Origin: Phyllosticta citribraziliensis
Lineage: Eukaryota
Direction: 5' to 3'
NCBI RefSeq assembly: GCF_038025025.1
Contig: NW_027117341.1
Span: 496,001 to 560,000 of the forward strand
Length of the DNA stretch: 64,000 nucleotides
Shown: positions 59,223 through 64,000 of the stretch, piece by piece
How the letters are laid out: every line of letters starts with the position of its first letter
How positions within the stretch are numbered: the stretch's first letter is position 1
Translations under genes and position numbers: made by a program
Notes under the pieces: generated by a model
What the model was told of the DNA's origin: nothing
Databases searched by the model: none
Seen by the model: only the letters and a program-made list of their open reading frames with translations

Positions 59223-60114
59223 CGCTGCGGTTTGTTATGGCAGGTTGTAGAGTGTAGGCGGATGCTCGGGTTGTGTCGTTGCCCGAATGCAGCAAAATTG
59301 GCGGCGTTGTGGGAGTGGCAACAGACAGTCAAGTCGTAGCCGATGCCGGAGTATTGGAGCGCGCCGAAGACGAGTGAAGCCTAGGAGCGGCGTGTACCCA
59401 GAGACAGCGAGTGACTCGATGGCTGGGGTCGAGGTATTGTGGCGAGGCTGAAATTCTCGCGAGCGGTTGGTGACGGAGGTGAAAGTGTGCAGCTGCGTCA
59501 GGTTTTGGCGGGGTGGAATGCCTGAAGACCGAGGCAACTAAATCTTAAAGCTGCTCCGTGCCGACTCGTGTTCAACCACGACTTTATCAACAACAAATGT
59601 TCCTGAGCTGGTCAAAAGTTCGATGGCTTTTGAATTGAAGGACCATGAAACCTCTTTTGCAGCACTTTCTGACGTATCATCTACCAAGGAACAATGCCGC
59701 ACTAGTCCGACCCTTGGCCTGTCTTGTCCCCAACAATTGTACTTCTTTGTCCATGGCTTGGATTGGTCAATTGGTCCAACACTATGAAGATTGGCTCAAG
59801 CACTTTTGGATTGCTTTCTTCTTTATCTTTCCCAATCCCAAGCACATCACGCCTGTTACTAGTTGTCGAGTGGATATTTGATTCCAGTGTTGAGAGATGA
59901 CATCTCTATGATGTCGTATACAGTCCTCGACTTCTTATGATACAGTCCCCAGTCGACGCGTGCTCGACCACCCAAAACGAAGTGGTTCCATCCGGCCCAT
60001 CGTATAGTGTCCCGCCTTTGATTTCCGCCCAAGCAGCAACATGCTGCAATTGATTTTGTTGTCAAATGTCCACCTCGCCCAGACGCCAATGGTGACAGAA
60101 TTGATGTGATTCGC

Positions 60115-61338
60115 TCAAACCACGATTTCACCAGCATCAATGTGGTTGGGCAACCACTTCTTGCCAGCGCGGTCTTCCACATCGCTCGGTTTGGTATATT
60201 CCACCGGACTGTAGAGGTACCAGCTCTTGAGCGCGGCAGCCGTTGCTCTTACTTTTGCCTCGTCCAAACTCGCTCCAGAATCCTCGCCCAGCTTGTCAGG
60301 GCCACTAAAGACGCCCACCACAAAGACTGGGGTTCTGCTGCCACGACCCGTCTCACCGAGCAGGCGTGCAACTGGAGACTCGAAACCTTCTCTTGCACAC
60401 AGCTTCGAAAGATCCCGCGTTGGTGTGCGGAAGTCGAAGAGCGAAGCAATATCGAGCTGGCGACTGAGAAAGTGCGAGTGAACAAAGTCCCGCGCCGCCT
60501 CGCGGCCAGCGTGGACATATATCGCACCCACTACCGCCCTGACGAAACGCGAGCATGCCATGTCGTGCGCCACTCCGGTAGAGCCCGTTGCACTCTTGGC
60601 CCACATCCTCCTGCCTCTTAAGTCTCCGAACTGATCATCGTAGAGAATCTTACTCGTGTGACTGCGCCTCCAGCCCTGGCCCTTTTGTTCGTTTGGTCTC
60701 GAGGTACCAACGCGGTAGTCGAGGAATTCGGTGCCGGGATCTAAGCGTTTGAACTGCAGGTAGCCTGGGTCGACTTCTCCACCAGGCGCGGCGGCGCTTT
60801 CGACACCCCACTCGGCCGTAATGGCTCTCAGGGCGTCAGGGCCAATGTACGCTTCTTGTGTTGCCATGAGGACGGCAATCGGCAGTCGCGGATAGCGGCA
60901 GATGATGTGCTCGCTAACATAGTATCCCATCAAGTCTTCGCCCAATGTTGCAAGGGAAGCATTGTTGAAGTCGGGGTTATTGTCTGCAGAGGGATCGACG
61001 AGGGTACGAGCCATGGTCTCAAGAGGGACTCGGTCGTGAACGGCAAGTCTTGCGTGGATGGCGGCGAGTTTGGCAGACTTCCTTGCGGCCGTCCATGGTG
61101 GAGATGGGTAGTCTTCGGGGTCTGTGGTTGGTTTAGGGAGGACTGGCGTGTCTGACGAGGACTCGGATTCCTGTTCTGGCGCTGGAACGGTGGATTGAAG
61201 GCGTGCGAGGGGTATTTGTCGGAATTGGGGGACAGCTTGCGGCTGGTGGTGTTGTAGAAAAGGACATCTCGGCCGTGGTCTTGTGAGCTGCGCGAGCGAG
61301 CGAGCACCGCCCCATATCTCTATCCTTAGGCGCTTCAT
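60115..61338 (-). CDS. MRPL3: Mitochondrial large-subunit ribosomal protein L3 (mL44; RNase III-like plus dsRBD)
   Basis: Arg-rich presequence. Motifs SAKLAAIHARL, AAPGGEVDPGYLQF, FVRAVVGAIYVHAG and LCAREGFESPVARLLGETGR. Confidence 0.9.
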   Translation of the reverse strand: MKRLRIEIWGGARSLAQLTRPRPRCPFLQHHQPQAVPQFRQIPLARLQSTVPAPEQESESSSDTPVLPKPTTDPEDYPSPPWTAARKSAKLAAIHARLAVHDRVPLETMARTLVDPSADNNPDFNNASLATLGEDLMGYYVSEHIICRYPRLPIAVLMATQEAYIGPDALRAITAEWGVESAAAPGGEVDPGYLQFKRLDPGTEFLDYRVGTSRPNEQKGQGWRRSHTSKILYDDQFGDLRGRRMWAKSATGSTGVAHDMACSRFVRAVVGAIYVHAGREAARDFVHSHFLSRQLDIASLFDFRTPTRDLSKLCAREGFESPVARLLGETGRGSRTPVFVVGVFSGPDKLGEDSGASLDEAKVRATAAALKSWYLYSPVEYTKPSDVEDRAGKKWLPNHIDAGEIVV

Positions 61339-61653
61339 GGGCGAGGATGTGTGGGATAGAGACACGGCGGCGTAAATTGAGCTCCGGGAGCGGGAACGTG
61401 GGGCGCGATGGGATTGTCAATTGATGTATAGACCAAAATTTCAGATTCACGTCCACTCGACGCCGACGAGTGCCAGTCCTAGCGCCAGGCTTGGCGGCGC
61501 GTTTGAAACTCTTGTCTGGGGTTAGCGAAGCGGTAAACATGCTTACCAAGCCAAGTCGTGTACCGGCCCAAGCTTCCAATCACCGGCAGCTCCCACCAAC
61601 CTCGCACCACCGTTCCATTTGCCAGCTACCCTTCAACTCGCTCTGTCTTCGCC

Positions 61654-62055
61654 ATGGGAGGAGGCGGCAAGATCCCGTACGCGCCTCGACTCTGATTACT
61701 GCCCATTGCGCCCCGTCAGACCCAATTCGCTGACCGAGCACTGCTAGATACCCCAAGCACGTCTGGTCGCCCGCCGGCGGTTGGTACGGACAACCCAAGA
61801 ACTGGAAAGCCAACACGGCCGTCATCGGCTCTGTGCTCGTCGGTATTTCTGTGGCTCTCTTCACTACAAGCGCGAACCTCGAATACCGAGACAAGATGCC
61901 CGCCCAAGGTCGCTTCTTCCCAAGCCGAAAGTCAGTTGCCCCGTACATTGGTCCGAGCGGAGGGGAGGCAGATGGCATTGGACCATGAGCTGACATGGCC
62001 TAGCTGGTCCAAGCAAATCCGTGAGCATAATCGCGCTCAGAAGGAGGAGTCTTAG
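61654..62055 (+). CDS. Small mitochondrial complex I accessory subunit (NUUM-like), 3 exons
   Basis: Spliced product MGGGGKIPYPKHVWSPAGGWYGQPKNWKANTAV + TM + RFFPSRNWSKQIREH. Introns 61677-61747 and 61931-62003. Confidence 0.8.
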
Positions 62056-62243
62056 AGCAGCCGATTCAATCAATCAACCAATCACACTCAATGAATTGTC
62101 AGTCATAGTTGTGAGGACGCATGGTCATACATTCCACTTGTTATGAGTAGCTTTTAGAGTGATGTATAAGAAACGATCAAAGGAGACGTCTACGAGACTA
62201 TTTCTAAATCTATGTCTATCTGGAGCCGCTGTCCTGCTCTGTA

Positions 62244-63441
62244 CTAAACTGCTTCCAACATCTCTCTATACCTCCTGACCCGATCCTCCACTCTATCCCC
62301 GTTCCACACTTCTCCAGGTTCCAACTGTGGCATGCCCACTTGTTCGATACAAAAGCTTGCCGCGACGTTTCCCCACACGGCAGCCTCCTCCAAGTTTTGA
62401 ACACCGGAGGAGGCACCACCTCTGACCAAGCCCACTGCCAGCCCTCCGAGGAAGCCATTGCCACCACCTGTAGGGTCGACAACTTTGGACGGATCGCGAT
62501 GATAAGCGGGCAACCAAAGCTTTTTACTGCGTGAGGCCACGTAGCAACCGTCCTTGCCCGCCCGCACAACTACAGCTCCGCTGCCATCTTCTCCTATGCC
62601 AGACGCCAGCCATTTTTCGCAGCAGTCTTGAACGGCCTCCCTGTCGACATCTCCATTCGCTTGAGTGGTACTTTGACCATAAAAGTCGCCAAGCTCCCCG
62701 TGGTTGGGACTCACGACATGCACGTGCCGCAATGCTTGCATGCAGGTTTCGAGCTCTTCGGGCGTGCAAAGATCCGGGACAGGCTCCCAAATGAAGAGGG
62801 GTGAAGGCAGCGATCTGTCCGTGTGCACAGAGAGGTCCTTGCGGCGTCGAAGAATGTTTGCAGCCAGGTCCATGGCTCGAGAGGGCGAGCAGATGAGATG
62901 GTAGGATTTGGATTCCAGGAGATTGTCGTCGAGTGAATCGTGATCAATCCGGAGCTTGGGTGTAAGATATTTGAAAGCTGGGAGAACTTAGATGAAGCGA
63001 GAAGATGTGACTCAACAAGAACGAGGCCGAGGTTGCGTATGAAAAGGATCAAATGAAAATGCCTACCTCTATGCTCGTTCTCCCCATAGCCGTTCCAGCC
63101 CCTGGTGGTCAATCGATCAGGTGTTTGCCTAAACAGGCAATGCGTATCCCAAGATTCAATCGTCTGGCGGACCTGGGCTGGGAAATCCGAACCCTCATCT
63201 ACAATCCAACCGACGGAGGTGGACAAGGGTGGTGGAGACATGATTCGGGCGCCCATGGCTGAGTAGGCGCCAGCGCCGCCAATGACATCTCTGACGGGAG
63301 GCTTTGGAGGCAGGAATTCAATGTCGTCTGCAAAGCATGCACTCAGGAAATGGCTTGGGGTGCTGGAGATGGAGACGCGGTACCGAGGATGAACATGCCC
63401 AGGCTGACAAAGTCGATGGCGGGAGCATCGTCGTCGGCCAT
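62244..63441 (-). CDS. PfkB/ribokinase-family carbohydrate kinase (MAK32-like), 3 exons
   Basis: DFVSLGMFI, VIGGAGAYSAMGAR, TTRGWNGY, VVSPNHGEL and the PfkB signature VVDPTGGGNGFLGG. Confidence 0.88.
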
Positions 63442-63992
63442 GTTGATGTAGGAGAGGGTGTCGAGAAGGGTCGACACGGGAAGGGGAGGTTCGGAAGTAT
63501 CTCTGTCCAGATGCTGCATGAAGGCGGCGGTGTCGCGGAGTCGGTCACAAACGGCGTCACGGTGCAGCGGACGGGAGGACTGGTGGACGCGGCGCCGGCA
63601 GATCGGCCTCGCGTCGGCCACCTCACCTCACCGGCAAGTCAACAGGGAGAGCCCAAGCTTGGAGCTGAGGGCACCACCTGTCTCCCTTCCGTTCTCTTCG
63701 ACGGCACCTTGGCTCTGCACCCTCTACGTAGACCAAACCATTCCAAACCGTCTGCCTGTCATTTGTGTTGACTTTCTTTCATCCAGCGCCCTTTCACCCC
63801 GCTGCTGCCTGTCTCACCTCTGCCGCCGACCTCCACCGCTGCTGCTCGTCCGTTAAAGGGATCGGATCACCTCCCCGACCACCGCATCAACCTCAAAAAT
63901 CCACCTCTCCTACTCCCACAACCAGCAAGCTCCATCGCCGTTCCTGCCTCTCAGTCCGCACCACCCCGCGGCCCTCTCCCGCGACTGCCGCC

Positions 63993-64000
63993 ATGGCGCA
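63993..64000 (+). other. Probable start of a gene truncated by the window end
   Basis: GCCGCCATGG Kozak context after a C-rich 5'UTR-like tract. Confidence 0.35.

Noticed and set aside
57936..59339. 467-aa Leu/Phe-rich + strand ORF
   Set aside because: Antisense shadow of the Lys/Glu-rich eIF5B N-terminus.

Overview
Eukaryotic genomic DNA from a filamentous ascomycete (short GT-AG introns with CTRAC/CTAAC branch points, fungal gene families; Dothideomycete-like, but taxonomy is not provable here). Two blocks of conserved genes flank a ~15 kb orphan-rich island. Left block (0.8-20.5 kb): M28 peptidase, BOS1 SNARE, a divergent BTB-like protein, a micro-exon Myb/SANT-like gene, tandem niaD-niiA nitrate assimilation genes with NirA/NIT4 and GATA sites, and an intron-containing tRNA-Leu(AAG). 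Island (~20.5-35.1 kb, directly after the tRNA): orphan genes and pseudogenes, locally duplicated exons, a 230-bp TIR element filled with GGTCC repeats, an intact 4-exon gene ending in a TFIIS-N/LEDGF-like helical bundle, and a spliced gene fusing two C2H2 zinc fingers to a domain that reads like a divergent serine recombinase (resolvase) fold. That fusion is the most novel candidate in the window, and the fold call is by-eye inference. Right block (36-64 kb): a pseudokinase, a membrane protein, an Egt2-like PLP lyase, a GT90/CAP10 glycosyltransferase, a NIS1 effector, a divergent hydantoinase-DUF917/NCS1 permease pair, a composite 33/48-bp repeat, eIF5B, MRPL3, a NUUM-like complex I subunit and a PfkB kinase. 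All exon models and family calls were made by eye without database searches.
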